NCBI GenBank assembly: GCA_000320545.1
Contig: ADNK01000542.1
Coordinates: 1-64,000, forward strand
Length of the DNA stretch: 64,000 nucleotides
Origin: Bigelowiella natans CCMP2755
Lineage: Eukaryota > Protista > Cercozoa
Reading direction: 5' to 3'
Shown here: piece by piece, positions 50,604 to 63,493 of the stretch
Numbering within the stretch: position 1 is the stretch's first letter
Layout of the letters: every line of letters begins with the position of its first letter
Translations under genes and position numbers: made by a program
Notes under the pieces: generated by a model
Database searches by the model: none
What the model was told of the DNA's origin: nothing
The model's input: only the letters and a program-made list of their open reading frames with translations

Positions 50604-52293
50604 ATGGGGGAGCCGGAATTTGTCGAGACCTGCGGCGACGGGGAGCAGCGCGAGCTTGGTGTTGGGGATGAGCAAAGTAAAGAAAGTTTCTACACACAGC
50701 GTGAACTTGGAGAGGAATTCTTCCGCAGACGCGTGCGAATTGCAGGGGCTGTTGTTATCTGCATTGGAGTTGCAATAATTGCTCTCACTGTGGTGCTTGT
50801 CAGCGTGAGTGGGGCAAAATCATTTAAAAGTACAAGCCAATCACGAAATCTTCAAAGTCCTATCGGTTGGGTTGCGGTTGTTGGTGCCGTAATACTGTTT
50901 GGATCATGTGGGATAATGTTCAAAGAGCCGCCTCAGAAGCAGCAGCCTGGGGATCATGAGGAGGAGGCACCCCGAACAAGCTCCCCACCCGACCCAGTTC
51001 TATTTCAGGCATTTAATGCCTGTGGTATTTTCACAGCTGCCATTCCGCTTCTGCTGTATGAAGTAGCGATGTGCGTAAAAGAAGGAGACTCTCCATTCCA
51101 TTTTTTCGATCCGCTTGGAATTGTGGGAGCAGTCGACATCCTTGTGATTTGCTACCTCGCAGCCCGCGCAGTACGCTTAATAGGCTATTCAACAGCACCG
51201 GCGATTTGGTCCGGTGTGGGAATGGTGACGGCTTTTATATGGGGACTTATAGCTTTTGGCGAGGAGGTGGCCAACATGTATCTTGCAACTGCAGCACTCT
51301 TGCTCTTAATAACAGGAGTTTTGAATGTTGCACGAATTAAGCAGCTATCCTCGCAATCCCCTTCGACAGGAGTAGACTCTGACCATCAGTATGAAGTTAA
51401 ACACCAGCTTGTTCCCGCCATCGTAGAAGAGGGAAAGGAGGTGAGGGAAATGATAAGAATCCCAACCACCGTCGTGTCAGATATTGGTGAAAACGAAGCA
51501 GAGGAAGGGAAGGAACGAGAAGAGGAGGGGGACAACACCAAGATGAGAGGGTGGACAGAGACAGAAAGCCTTGCAGAAAGATCTGTCATTAAGGGATCTG
51601 AAGGCGATCGACATCAGGATTCGTGCAGCGCACACGCGAGGAGTCTCACGTGCAGTAGTTCTGGAAGCATGCTGGGTGGCTTCGGATTATGTGTTCTGAC
51701 TGGACTGCTCGACGGATCTCTGATGGTATATCATCTTCCCTTGATTCCCCCAGTTATAAGGATTTTTCATATGACTTACCTGTTATTTTGTCGAACGCAA
51801 TCAGGTGCCGTATAAGATGCACTTGGCTGGCAAACGTAGCGTCACAGAAGAAGGCGAAAATTCTCTTAGAACAACGTTTGCGTATCTCGCGTCGTTCGGC
51901 TTAGGCGCTTTGATCACGATTCCATGGTTAGTTTTCCTGGCTTTTTGGCAGAGTCGTTGCGCTTTGCATCGTCAGAGGGGAGTCTCTGCCAACAACCAAA
52001 GTTTCTGCACCCATTTTGCCTCAAAGCTTCACCGGGCTGCTGTGCCAGGTCTGGTGACGGGTATCCTCTGGACAATGGGAAACTTTCTTTCTGTTCATGC
52101 AACCGAGTATTTAGGCATGTCAGTAGGCTTCCCTCTTACCCAGACTTGCATTCTTATAAATGCGTCCTGGGGAATATTCTTTTTCCATGAGATAGATTTG
52201 AGAAGTAATAGGGGTCAGCTTTTCAGGTTCCTACTGGCTCTGTGCACCATAATTGCGGGTGCGGCATTGCTGAGTCAGGCCGCTAAAGCCTGA
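50604..52293 (+). CDS. DMT-superfamily transporter, TMEM144-like, one intron (~51726-51805)
   Basis: Two hydrophobic halves separated by an acidic loop. IGYSTAPAIW..WG and LGMSVGFPLTQ..WGIFFFHEI motifs. Splice GSLM|VPYK joins the two ORFs. Confidence 0.72.
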
Positions 52294-52581
52294 ATTTAGT
52301 TGAAGTTGCTCACGAAGATCATGAAATCAATGGTGCATCATGAGCTAGCAATGCAACCAATTTGCAATTGCTGTATCCATTGTCACTGTATTTTGTAACA
52401 TAGCAACGCTTAGAACTGTTTAACTTTGTTACAAATGTGCTGGTTCGCACCCACTGTCCGCTCCGTGTGTGCTTTGAACAATAGACATTTATACGTACAC
52501 ATGATGCATGTAATGCACATAACATGTGCTGTGTCTATGTGTGATGCATGTAAATATGTATAAATGTGTATACATTATAAC

Positions 52582-52616
<35 letters not shown>

Positions 52617-53253
52617 ATATACTGTGTCTATGGTTTGAAGGCCGTGCGTGTGTGTGTTGACTGACGTTGTGTCAAGTCGAGATGCTGCGCTTCAAGTGAC
52701 CCATTACGTAGCTACTAGCAGCTTTGCATGCACGACAGGTTGCAGCACACTAGTCGCAACATCGCATGCATCGGTCATGAAGCCTCAAGTCTAGCACGTG
52801 CAGGACGGATGTACATCGCAAAGCCATGCATCAACAATGAGCTCGAGCTCCGACCCCATCCAATCCGCTTGCGAACATGCTGGCATGCATGAGCTGCATG
52901 TGCGTGTGGAATTCTGAACACATGCACACGAATGCTAGAATGACATGTCCAATGCACACAGCGCACTTTTGCACATGCACACATCTGTCTTTGCACATAT
53001 GATCGGAATCACACACACGCACGAATTCTACAATTCGCGCATGCATCGGACCCACCTTGCGCGCACGAGGTGCCTGCGACGAACGCAAGGCATTGGGATC
53101 CTCATTGTGTGCGATTGAAATTTGTTGCATTGACGTCACCAGATGGCACGTTGGGGGTCAAATCAAGATCGTTGGGCCTCCAGATTTGTTCCGGCACAAA
53201 AGCACGACCACACCAGGCAGGCATCGTTCTGCAAAGGACGAGCGAAAGCCAAC

Positions 53254-55075
53254 ATGAAGGCGGAGACGAAGAGGAAGAATGCGCGAGGAAGAAGCAACCA
53301 GAGAATGGTAAATTGCATTCAAATTGCAGACCCACGATCGCTACGAACAATGGCTTCCTCGTCCTCCTCGGTTGGTCGGTGGCTAGGCATCGTGGGCGTC
53401 CATTCTCACGCCATGAACACTTCTTGCACACTGTTCTCGCGTGTTAGTGACTGTCTTAATTTTTGGTTTACATGACTATGCCGTACCTCGTCTATTGTCC
53501 AACCTTTTGTTGATTTGGCCTTGTCGCAGATAGACAAAGCATGGTCATACCGAAATTGGAGTATCTCAATTAGAACGAATCCGAAATTCATACAGGGCGG
53601 TGTGGAACATCTCGCTCGGACGAATGATGTCCCGACGTAGGGCCCTTCTGTGAAAACGGGATCTTGCTTATCCTACTTCTGACTGACCACTGACTGCAGA
53701 ACAGAAGACAACAAACCTTAGTTTTAGGGAAAAGTCCCGTGGCCACCTTGGTTGTGATGGGTGCTTCTATCGTCACGGCACTGTGCCCTTGCAATAGAAA
53801 CCGAATTCTGCCTTTTGAGAGCAACAGCGAAATGAAAGGTACTGAATCTTACCTGTGTAACCCGCGATTCTACAAACTACTCGCAACTAAGGATGGAAAA
53901 CACCATTCACAGATAGCACAGAGATGAAGGACAGCACTTTTGAATGCTTGGTAATATGCTGTGATATGATTGAGGCACACGCCAAGAGACCCAAACCAGA
54001 AGGTAGCTCCACGGAAAACATAGCAAAAATAAATTTTGAGCATTCATGCACACTCTCAAATTAATCACAGAGGGCATCCTTCGCGTATCCGGACGCCATG
54101 CCTCCTGGAAGGCAACAATCGAAAAAATTCAAGATTCTCCCGATCATGCCAGGTATGAACGAGAGATCTGACCGCAACTATCCTAAAGCCTTCTTTAAAT
54201 ATCATCGTACAATTCATAACATATCCAGAAGCATATTGGCCGGTAGCCCTATTCACGATGTCAGTAGCATATTTAAGGAGCTCCTTCGTGATGTGCAGGT
54301 ATTGTCAAAGCTTTCGTATTTGTGGCATTATTTCCATTTTTCCAAATATGAACAGGATCAATGCGGAACATTGCTCACGAAAAAATGCTACCACCAATTT
54401 AAAGAGGTAAGTGCCAAGCCAAACCATCCTTACATGAACCGACATGCATTGCTCTGTTTGCAGGCGAAAAGCGTACAGCAAGCGAAGGAGGCTGTAGAAA
54501 AATTACCGACCAAGAATCGAGCTGTTCTTAGAAAGGTGGTGGCCAAAATTTTAAATTTCTCAGTTATTAAACGTTTGTTTTTCAGATGGTTGAGATGTTG
54601 TCTGTGGTATGTGCTGCTCCTCGTACTCGAATGACCCCTGAATCGTGCGCAATGGTATTACTTCGATTCCAGATGGTAGTATGAGCGTTCAACAAATTTA
54701 AAAACTTCATCGCTTACAGGTGTTGGCTCCAAACTTAGTCTTGAAATCAGGGTCCCAGGAAGAAATGCTTCAGCGACTTATCGCGAATAATATGAAGGTA
54801 ACTGCTTGACATCTCATATTCATAATATTTCTATATTACATTATGGGGTTTTATAATTTCGCGAGCTCGTTTCATTTGATCCTAACATAAAGGAGGCTAC
54901 ATTATTCCCACAACTTATATTTTATATTTTATTATATTGGTTCGTGTATGTGTAAATGTTTTTTGCTAAAAACTCACTTGCAATTGCCAAACCTACTATA
55001 AATGTGTGAATAATCCAGGGACTTTTCGAGCTTCTGATAGGACAGAAACGTGCCATCTTCACCACGTCTGAGTAA
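53254..55075 (+). CDS. RhoGAP-domain protein; 5' exons uncertain
   Basis: Arginine finger EGILRVSG, IHDVSSIFKELLRD, EKLPTKNRAVL, TRMTPESCAM|VLAPNL. Stop TAA at 55073-55075. Confidence 0.8.
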
Positions 55076-55641
55076 ATGTTTTCTACCTAATAACTGGTCC
55101 GTTCGTCTTGCATCGAAGAATTTTGATCAGGAGGGCATCTGCGCACAACAACCTCACACTATTCATCGTGCAATATCAATGAAAAGGAAACGACACACGT
55201 AACCTAGTATATTGATCTATTGAGCAGCGCGAAGACCATGCTGCGTTGCTTATATATTTCGAGATGTAGGCTCAATTCATAGAATCATTCAAGCTGTGTA
55301 CTACACACTAGCTGCTAGACTGTATAAATGAATGCGCGCGAACGAAAAGTAGATCGAACATGTGCATGGCGACCTTGCTAATAATGCTAGGAGCGCAACT
55401 CGTACGTCGCTTATGCGTTGCGCACGGCGGATCTGGCACAGATACCGTTAGCACTGCGCACTAGCTGTTTCAATGCGAGATGCTATAAGAACGCGGCATT
55501 GTGCTTTATAGCAACACGAATACAACATTACTGCTGAGTATAGCCGCCATGCCGTGTGCCGACTACTTGCACTATAAAAAAGCCAACTTGAAGAGTGCAC
55601 AATCAATGTCATACCATGAAAAACTGGTTGCCTGAAATGTG

Positions 55642-56162
55642 CTACAGTGATTCTGACTTCAGATGCTCTGTCAACTTGGCCAAAGCGCGAGATCTGATCT
55701 CGCAATAAGTAAGGAGAACGTTCAGAACAAGAATATTGCTGACAGTGTGCTCTTCCACCTGTGTGAGATTTGGTTTTTGTCAATATTGTTCATTTCCGCG
55801 AAGGTGAGACCATTGGACTCCTGTGGATGATACCAACTTTGAATTCCTTCAGATGAAATAAGAAATCTACAGGTAGTAGTACCTCGGGTTGGAAAATGGG
55901 GTCCCATCCAAAATCAGTGTCTCCTTTTGCTGGCACGATGGAGCCTGGACATCTCCCAACAAACGTGTGGATCTGTTCGAGCAGCAGGAGAGGGAGAAAG
56001 ATCATCACAGGTACTTAACTCTAGGAATGATGAAAATGATTAAGATGAAGGCAGCTAACCTTCTCACCCGGGGCCTTGCAGTAGCAGAATATGCACTGTG
56101 CATACGCGGACTAAGATAATGCATCCTTCGTTAAGCTTTAACAGAAACAAGTCACAACCAGG

Positions 56163-56199
<37 letters not shown>

Positions 56200-57294
56200 A
56201 AGAGACAGTTGGAGCGTGAATTGTAATGCTATTACTTTGTCTGGATAGGCCGCTAGTAGGTTGTTCAGCCCTTCGTGGCCTAACAATTTTTGTTGATTCA
56301 CCAATTAAGTGTTTATCCGAAGACTACTCGGTAAAATTACATGAAATACCTAGCTTTTGCAGAAACCATTTGATATAAACGCCTGATCATGTCAATTACA
56401 GATCGTGAGGCCCATTCAAATAAGCTCGGCAGAGAGGTGAGATTTTGCGACAGTCTCCATTCTAGAGGGACTACTATCCCTAATCCTGCTACTACTACTG
56501 TTTCGAGGGCAATGATGCGAACAACCAGGAAGCCCTTTGAGAGCATTGAAGCACAATGATGTGTCCTGGTAAACGTCGAATAGATAGTTTAGTTGAGGTT
56601 GAAGTACCACACACTGTGTTTATTACCTCTGTGATTACAGGGCCTTTGACCTGATCGACGGCCATTTTACACTTCTCCGTGGCGACATCGATCGGATCTC
56701 CTTGGAACTCGGGAATGTCAATCTGCTTGTTTAATTTATTTTTTAGAGATGATAATGTTGATGGTGACGGCGACGAAAATGGTGATATGATGATCATGAT
56801 GGTTACGGCAATGATAATGGATGGTTTTCGTACCTTTCTGCTTACGATTTCAAGTTTACCTGCAAGGATTGATCTGACCTAGTACGATAACGGGGACAGG
56901 ATTTCAAGGATATTTCGGGAATTTTCCATTATTTTTTTTAAAAAACCTCTTCTAGCTTCTTTGAATTTCCTGTGACGAACGTAAGGGTGGCATTGCCGCG
57001 AACTCCACCCCCTCTTCGGAGTGTATTTCTGGAAGACGATCGAAATCGCCAAGGGGACAGAGCAGTTGAGGCTGTACGAAAGCTAAACGAACGAGGGCGC
57101 GAGAGATGCATGGATGTAACCATGCTTCGGATATTACTTCCTCTCATATTTGTATTCCCCAGGAGTAAACACAGGAGAAATAGAGAAATTAAAGAAATGA
57201 AGAAGCAGCTGTAGCGGGTTGCCCTTGGACTGCGCGAGGGTGCTATTGCGTTGTACACGGAGGAAGCAGTGACAACAAATAGAGGTCCATCCAT
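55642..57294 (-). CDS. ITPA: Inosine triphosphate pyrophosphatase (HAM1 family) with long bipartite N-terminal leader, ~10 exons
   Basis: [13 protein letters not shown]|[12 protein letters not shown]|[13 protein letters not shown]|[29 protein letters not shown]|SRAL. Confidence 0.94.
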
Positions 57295-58034
57295 TAGATC
57301 ATTAGAGACAGAAGATCGACCGGTGAGACTTGCTGATAGTTGTCTAATGTGAGTTGGACAGCCACGGAGATGGGGGTGGGGAGTCCTGTAGACTACGACG
57401 GTGCTCCACTTCGGGATAACATGCGATTATTTCCTTGCGACATGTCTTTACTGAAAATGAAGTCGTCAAATGCAAACGATTTTAATTATCACTGTGTCTG
57501 ATACGAGATAAGATGCGGTTAGTTCCCTGCGACAACCATTTTCTGAATCTCTGAAATCGAAGTGCTTGCAGTTTCTGGTGCTTAAATTTGGCGTTACTAA
57601 ATTCTGCCGCGGATCGGGATTGTGTCTACGAGTTCTCGAGGTCCCTCTCTCTCCTGTGCTCTCTTTTCAGCGTTCAAGTATGGGGAGAAGCTGATATACT
57701 GATATATAAACGCATCGTATTCTTCTCTGGGTAGGTGTTCTCCCCAAATGTACTACTCGTAACCTTTATGAAAATGTGAATGTGTATTATTTGCTTAAAA
57801 TTCAAACAATACTTGATGTCCTTTGGTACGACTCAACAACAACGCACAGAGTAGCGAAACCATGAATACATAGTATTGGCGAACTTCTATCTTTCCTTAG
57901 ATACATTTCCATATGCATGAATATATTTATTGGACGTAATGCTTGATGATATTATTCTTTTTATTACATTCATGATCATTACAGCTTAAAATTTCAAAAG
58001 AACGTTCCATTTCGCAGTAAAAGTTGCAACTGCA

Positions 58035-59857
58035 ATGGATCGTCCAGAGACAAAGGCGCGCTCCCAACGAAGATTTAGCGAAGCTGCAGCCGCGTATGTT
58101 ACAGCTATAAATGAGCCTCTTTCGATGAAGGATTTCAAAGAAGAAAGGCCACGTTCAACATGCTGCCAAATACTGCAGATTCCTTGGCTACAGAAGAAGA
58201 TACGGCAGAAATTTCACCTCGACAACTGCTTCGAATGGGTTGTCTTCTTTATCGTGGTCGCTGCCATTCTGACGATATTCGTTAGCTATGCTGTGGTTCA
58301 AGGCAGAACTTATGTGCATGCTACAACAAATCCCACAGTGTCGGGGACCACCGTGAAGCTAAATGCCGGAGATCAGCATGAAATTTACAATTTGTTTACA
58401 TGTACCCGTGCTGGATATTCTGTAGACAATTATCGAGTGACTCTTAACAACAGGACGTGTGAGAGCAACAACGCAAGGTTGGCGGTTGGACGAGAAGAAG
58501 CACACACAAACAATGCACTACTTTCCTTATTCTACACACCACTTTCCTTATTCCATAATTTCTAACTTTTTAATTATTAACCCAGGATGATGATATTGGA
58601 TAGTGCTATTCAAGCGACGAAGCCGTATACTTGGTGTCTCGTTACCATCCAGCTTTTTACCAAAACGCAAAATGTGAATATTGTCACGAATACAGACTGT
58701 GCAATTTCTCCACCTGGCTGCAGTTTCGTGAAGGCCCCATCTAGCACATACGACTACACAGCATACTTTAACCCGAATCCTCTTTGTAGAGCCCAGCCTT
58801 ACTCGTGCACACCTACCCAACCATGTGTCTGTAGCTACCCTTGTTCAACACCTTCAGTCTCGAAATTCTACTATAAACAGCCTGGGAATCTAGGCCCTGA
58901 TACTATACCAACGTATAAGACACAACTCGACCCTATTGATATTCAAGCCGTCGATGGCAATTACTCTTGCTACTTCATGAACATTTTTGAAAATGAAAAC
59001 GAAGGAGGGCTCCCTCGTACTGTTGAAGACCCAACAAGCACTTCTCTCACAGGAGACGTAGTCCGCATCGATATCGACTTCGCAAATTACATGCCATACG
59101 ACGAATACAGGTAGAAGCATTTGTCACATATCTTCTATCACATAAAACAAATCTCACACTTTGCACCGTGCAACTCAGTCTCTGTAATGAAAAATGGACT
59201 ATCGTCAACTACCCGCCTACCAGGGACATCGGATCTATCGATTTGAACAACATCAAGATACGAAATTTATTTAACAGCGTTCGCAAATCTATCCAGCAAA
59301 GCACCGTGCGTTTCGTGCAATATCGTGATATTCACGGAACTGTCCGGAACACCGACTCTACCGTAAAATTCGTTGAACTTTACCCGTACCCCTCCTGGGA
59401 GGTCCAGCGCTACTTCAATAATGTATCTCTATACTTCGCACAGAACGATCTTCAGGTCGATGTGCCCACTTTCCAAGACCAGATTACGACAAGTATCTTC
59501 GCTTATTTCGGCGACCTATTCAATCTAGCCACGTCGTTAGTAGCGGTGATCTTCGGTGGCATGTTCTGCACGACTATTGCAACACCCATTTACTTTGCCT
59601 TTGGCCGTCGAGCACGTGCAGCGAAGAAAGCATATGAGAAAGAGACCGAAGCAGTATTGGATCACAAAGCAGCGACAAAGATGGCAAAATGTAGCCTAGG
59701 TAATCGGATATCAGAAATTAAGAGCATGCGGAGCTCTGGTGTGCTAGAACACAGCAATGTGCTGTCCGAAATGGACCTGCAACCTTATCCTACACATTGC
59801 AATGAAGATAGGACAGAGGCTGGAAGAGGCGATAAGTATAACCTACTGGCTGCATGA
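58035..59857 (+). CDS. Two-TM protein with large Cys-rich ectodomain (PAC/TMEM206- or ENaC-like architecture), 3 exons
   Basis: Exons 58035-58476, 58586-59110 and 59178-59857 join in frame. TM1 WVVFFIVVAAILTIFVSYAVV and TM2 IFAYFGDLFNLATSLVAVIFGGMF flank ~340 aa of Cys- and beta-rich sequence with N-glycosylation sequons. The gene model is solid; the family call is tentative. Confidence 0.7.
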
Positions 59858-60405
59858 TTCCACATGCTACTGTTCACTTCGCTATAAATTTCAGCGTGGT
59901 AGGTGCGTCTTGTGTTGTTGCTTTCTCACGCAGCAAATGTCTTCAAGTCATTAAAATGAATGTTAACGAAATTAATAGTCACATAATTAACTAATGCATC
60001 GCATGCCGTTGAAAAAGTACTGTGCAGCAGTCATGAAACTAAAAACAATGGTGGTGTGCATGTAAACATGTAATGCACGCGACAGCCGTCGCAGCAACAA
60101 TAAGCAAACCTTGCAACGTTTTGTCCTAGAGCCCAGTACAGTCGTTGCGCATTCGCAACGAAGCATCATTGTGTCTGCAGGCATGTTGTCAATGATAGTA
60201 TAATAGAACTTTCACAATGGCGTTGCGCGTAGCTAGATAGCGCCGTGAAGCATGCATAAAGGTTTTCTTCGATCCGCCATGGCATGCCATAACATGCGCA
60301 TGCATGCACGCATGTGCGTCGCTTTTCATTCGCAATGTGATAGCGGCTCATTGCTGTCTACGCTACGCCATGTCACACATGTTCTAGCTAGATGCTGGAG
60401 AGCTG

Positions 60406-60534
60406 TATATAGCCTTACAGGGCTATAGAGCGTACGGAGTTTAAGGCACACATGTTCTCTAAGACATATGTGGTTTATGGAACTACTTATGTTCGCACGT
60501 GTGTACGCTATATAGCCTTACAGGGCTATAGAGC
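60406..60534. repeat. 26-bp direct repeat with internal hairpin, two copies
   Basis: TATATAGCCTTACAGGGCTATAGAGC at 60406-60431 and 60509-60534; stem TATAGCC/GGCTATA. Confidence 0.9.
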
Positions 60535-60867
60535 TGACAGGCCTGCTCTTACTTTCCTTTCGCTATGCAAGCGCTGCATCATGCTTTGCATATAGCATCA
60601 TATGCTCTCGTATGTGGCTGGGACGCCTAAGCTTTTCATCCCTTTTCAGCTTCAACAACTGATCGGCTGTGTAGCGCTTGTTGGCAATGTGCATGTGTCT
60701 GCATCAAGATGAATATATGAAGGCTGCTCACGCACAAATGCACTCTGTGCAGCAAAATCTGACATCATGTTACACGCATCTACGTGCATGTGCAAAGAGT
60801 GACTTGTTCATTCCATCTCATAAAGGAAGGCAACCTGGTTTTCAGTCATCTCTTCCCATTCATTTCT

Positions 60868-61406
60868 CTAAGATCGGACGAACAATTCTGCTGCTGTTTT
60901 TCCTGCAATCTGGTCAAAATCCTTATCGCTCAAACCAACGGAATCTTGCCATGAGCGCAATGTTTGCACTGGAAACCAGAAGGGTAACGTCAGGAAGACG
61001 ATCACAATTAGTAGAAAACTACTCCAATGAAAGTAAGAGTACAAACCAGATGCGCAGTAGCCTCCATTTACGATAGCGAAAGGATAGTCTGAGCCCCACA
61101 TCAGCCTACCGAGCAAGTGTGTCACCATTATCATCATCCTTCAATATCAAGATAAAATCATGATGTACGACGTGAGGAGGGACAAAAAGCACCTGTTTGA
61201 ACCAAAATGCTTGAGCAGATCGTCCAATCGAGGCCTGAATGTTATTTCACCGCAAGAGTGTAAATATTCTCGTTATCAACGTAATCTCTGAAGATAATCT
61301 CCATATCGATTAATAGCGGGGAGGGGGAGAATGTTGTTGGTGTTGCGTAGGACGACGACGAAGCAATTGATCTAACGATGATGACGACGACGGTTATGAT
61401 TATTAC

Positions 61407-61441
<35 letters not shown>

Positions 61442-62132
61442 CAACGGTAACAAACAGTACTTGAGATCATTGTAAGGCTCTTCCTCGCCAGAGACCCGAA
61501 ACAAAGCCGACATTTTGACATAAACCTGGTAATCGTCAAGATCATATATCAGATGGATTGTTCCTGTACGACGTACGAAGCGATTAAGAACTCAAGAGTC
61601 ACAAGCGCTTGATAGCAGCAAACGAGGACGCTGTCAGCAGATAGTGCTCGATAAAGTCCTCAAACATTAGCAAAAGGATTCACAAGACAACTTGCGGGTA
61701 TTTGCTGAGAGAGAGGAGCTCCTTCCATGCCTCATCGGATACGCTGGTGCTCGGGTCTGTGCCTCCTGTGGCGGGTTGACGGAAGAAGCCTTTCCACAAT
61801 CCAAGGACAGAAGAACGGCAGAAGAGGAGAGAAGGAATCATGATTTCATTGGGGTGCTGCCGCCACATCGTTATTGTTATCATCATCATCATCATCATCA
61901 TCACCATCAACAACACGATCAACAACACCATCATCATCCGTCGTCATCTTCGGCATCCATCATCATATTGCTCTTTTCCACAGAGGCACAAAAAGCGTTT
62001 AAAAAACCAGCAGGAACACGCTTAAATACCCCAGTGATCGATTATCAGCTTTGTATCTGGAGAATGCTCCAAGAGATTCTGCAAACATCAAAAAAAGCAA
62101 ATGCTACTATATTGAATATATATGATATAGTG

Positions 62133-62167
<35 letters not shown>

Positions 62168-63459
62168 TGCATATATTCAGATCATAAACCTTGATGTCGG
62201 GCATGTGTTGGGGCAGCCCCTTGAAGCACATGACACCAACGGCCATTCCCTATGGCAGAGTATCATCAAACAATGGAAGAAGGCATCATGTAAGTTCGTT
62301 AAGAGCGTCGTATTCCTCCTTTTAGGAGGAGGCGGAAGCTGTTTTCCCTCCTTATTTAAATATCATTCAAGTTTTCTTTTAGATTAATTTCTTGAGTGAT
62401 GACCATTTCTCCAGCTTTAGCGTAAATTGCTTTCCCATTCTCATCTGACGGGTGGTTGTTATAGGCTCAGAATCAAGACCGAAGAATAGCTGCTGCTGCT
62501 GCATCATGCATTCATACGGGGGCATTTCATATCGCCCCCATCCATTATTAGATGAATCACTACACTGTGCTTGTCTCACCTGCCATACTGCCCTTCCATA
62601 GGTACGGATTGAACCTGTTGTACGTCAATCATCAAGCTATTTCTCCAACACCATCATCATCATAATCTTCGTTTCCACTCCCTCCTACTGCTTTCCTCCT
62701 TCTAATTCTGATTTTTCAGTCACCTGAGAGCTACGAATCCATCCTTTTTTAGGCCTCTCAGGTAGCCCTCTGCTTCCACCTGGGGTTGTGAACGAACACA
62801 CACAATAACGATAAAAGAAGAAGAAGAAGAAAAAGAATAAGACCAGATATCGAATATTATCGTTATTATTTGGAGTTGACAGCCGGTATCAATACTCTTA
62901 TTGTTGCGCTTGAGAGCAAGCAGCAAGAATCTTAAGAAGAGGAAGAGGGAAGAGGGAGGGGACAGAAAATGCTAGGTAGCAGCAGTAATAGACGAAGAAG
63001 AAGAAGAAGAAGAAGAAGAAGAAGAAGAAGGAGAATAGCGTTGATAAGAGCATCATTAATTGATGTACTCATTCAGTTGCAAGTACCGGATCAACGGAAG
63101 GATTTGCAAGAGCCATACCCGTGAAGAACTTGGGGTATCTGACATCGCAGCATCGATAAAATGCAAGGGGGGGTGGAGGAATGGAATGAGCTTCTCACTC
63201 CTCCATTGAATATCATCAATTTCACCGCTTGTTCACCACCTCGCGATCACAGAAGCGACGTACGAATGGTCGAATCTATAGTTTATCGGTTGGACAATAA
63301 GAGCTCCTGACACCTACAAAAAGGGGAAAGACGCAGCAAGTCATTTTCCATCCTCTACGTCGTTTCATCTGTGATGCACTCGTCATCAGTAGGCCTCTCA
63401 TGCTGGGAGATATGCGCCAACTTCTAAAGCCTTTCTGCTACTACCACTACTGCTGCTAC

Positions 63460-63493
<34 letters not shown>

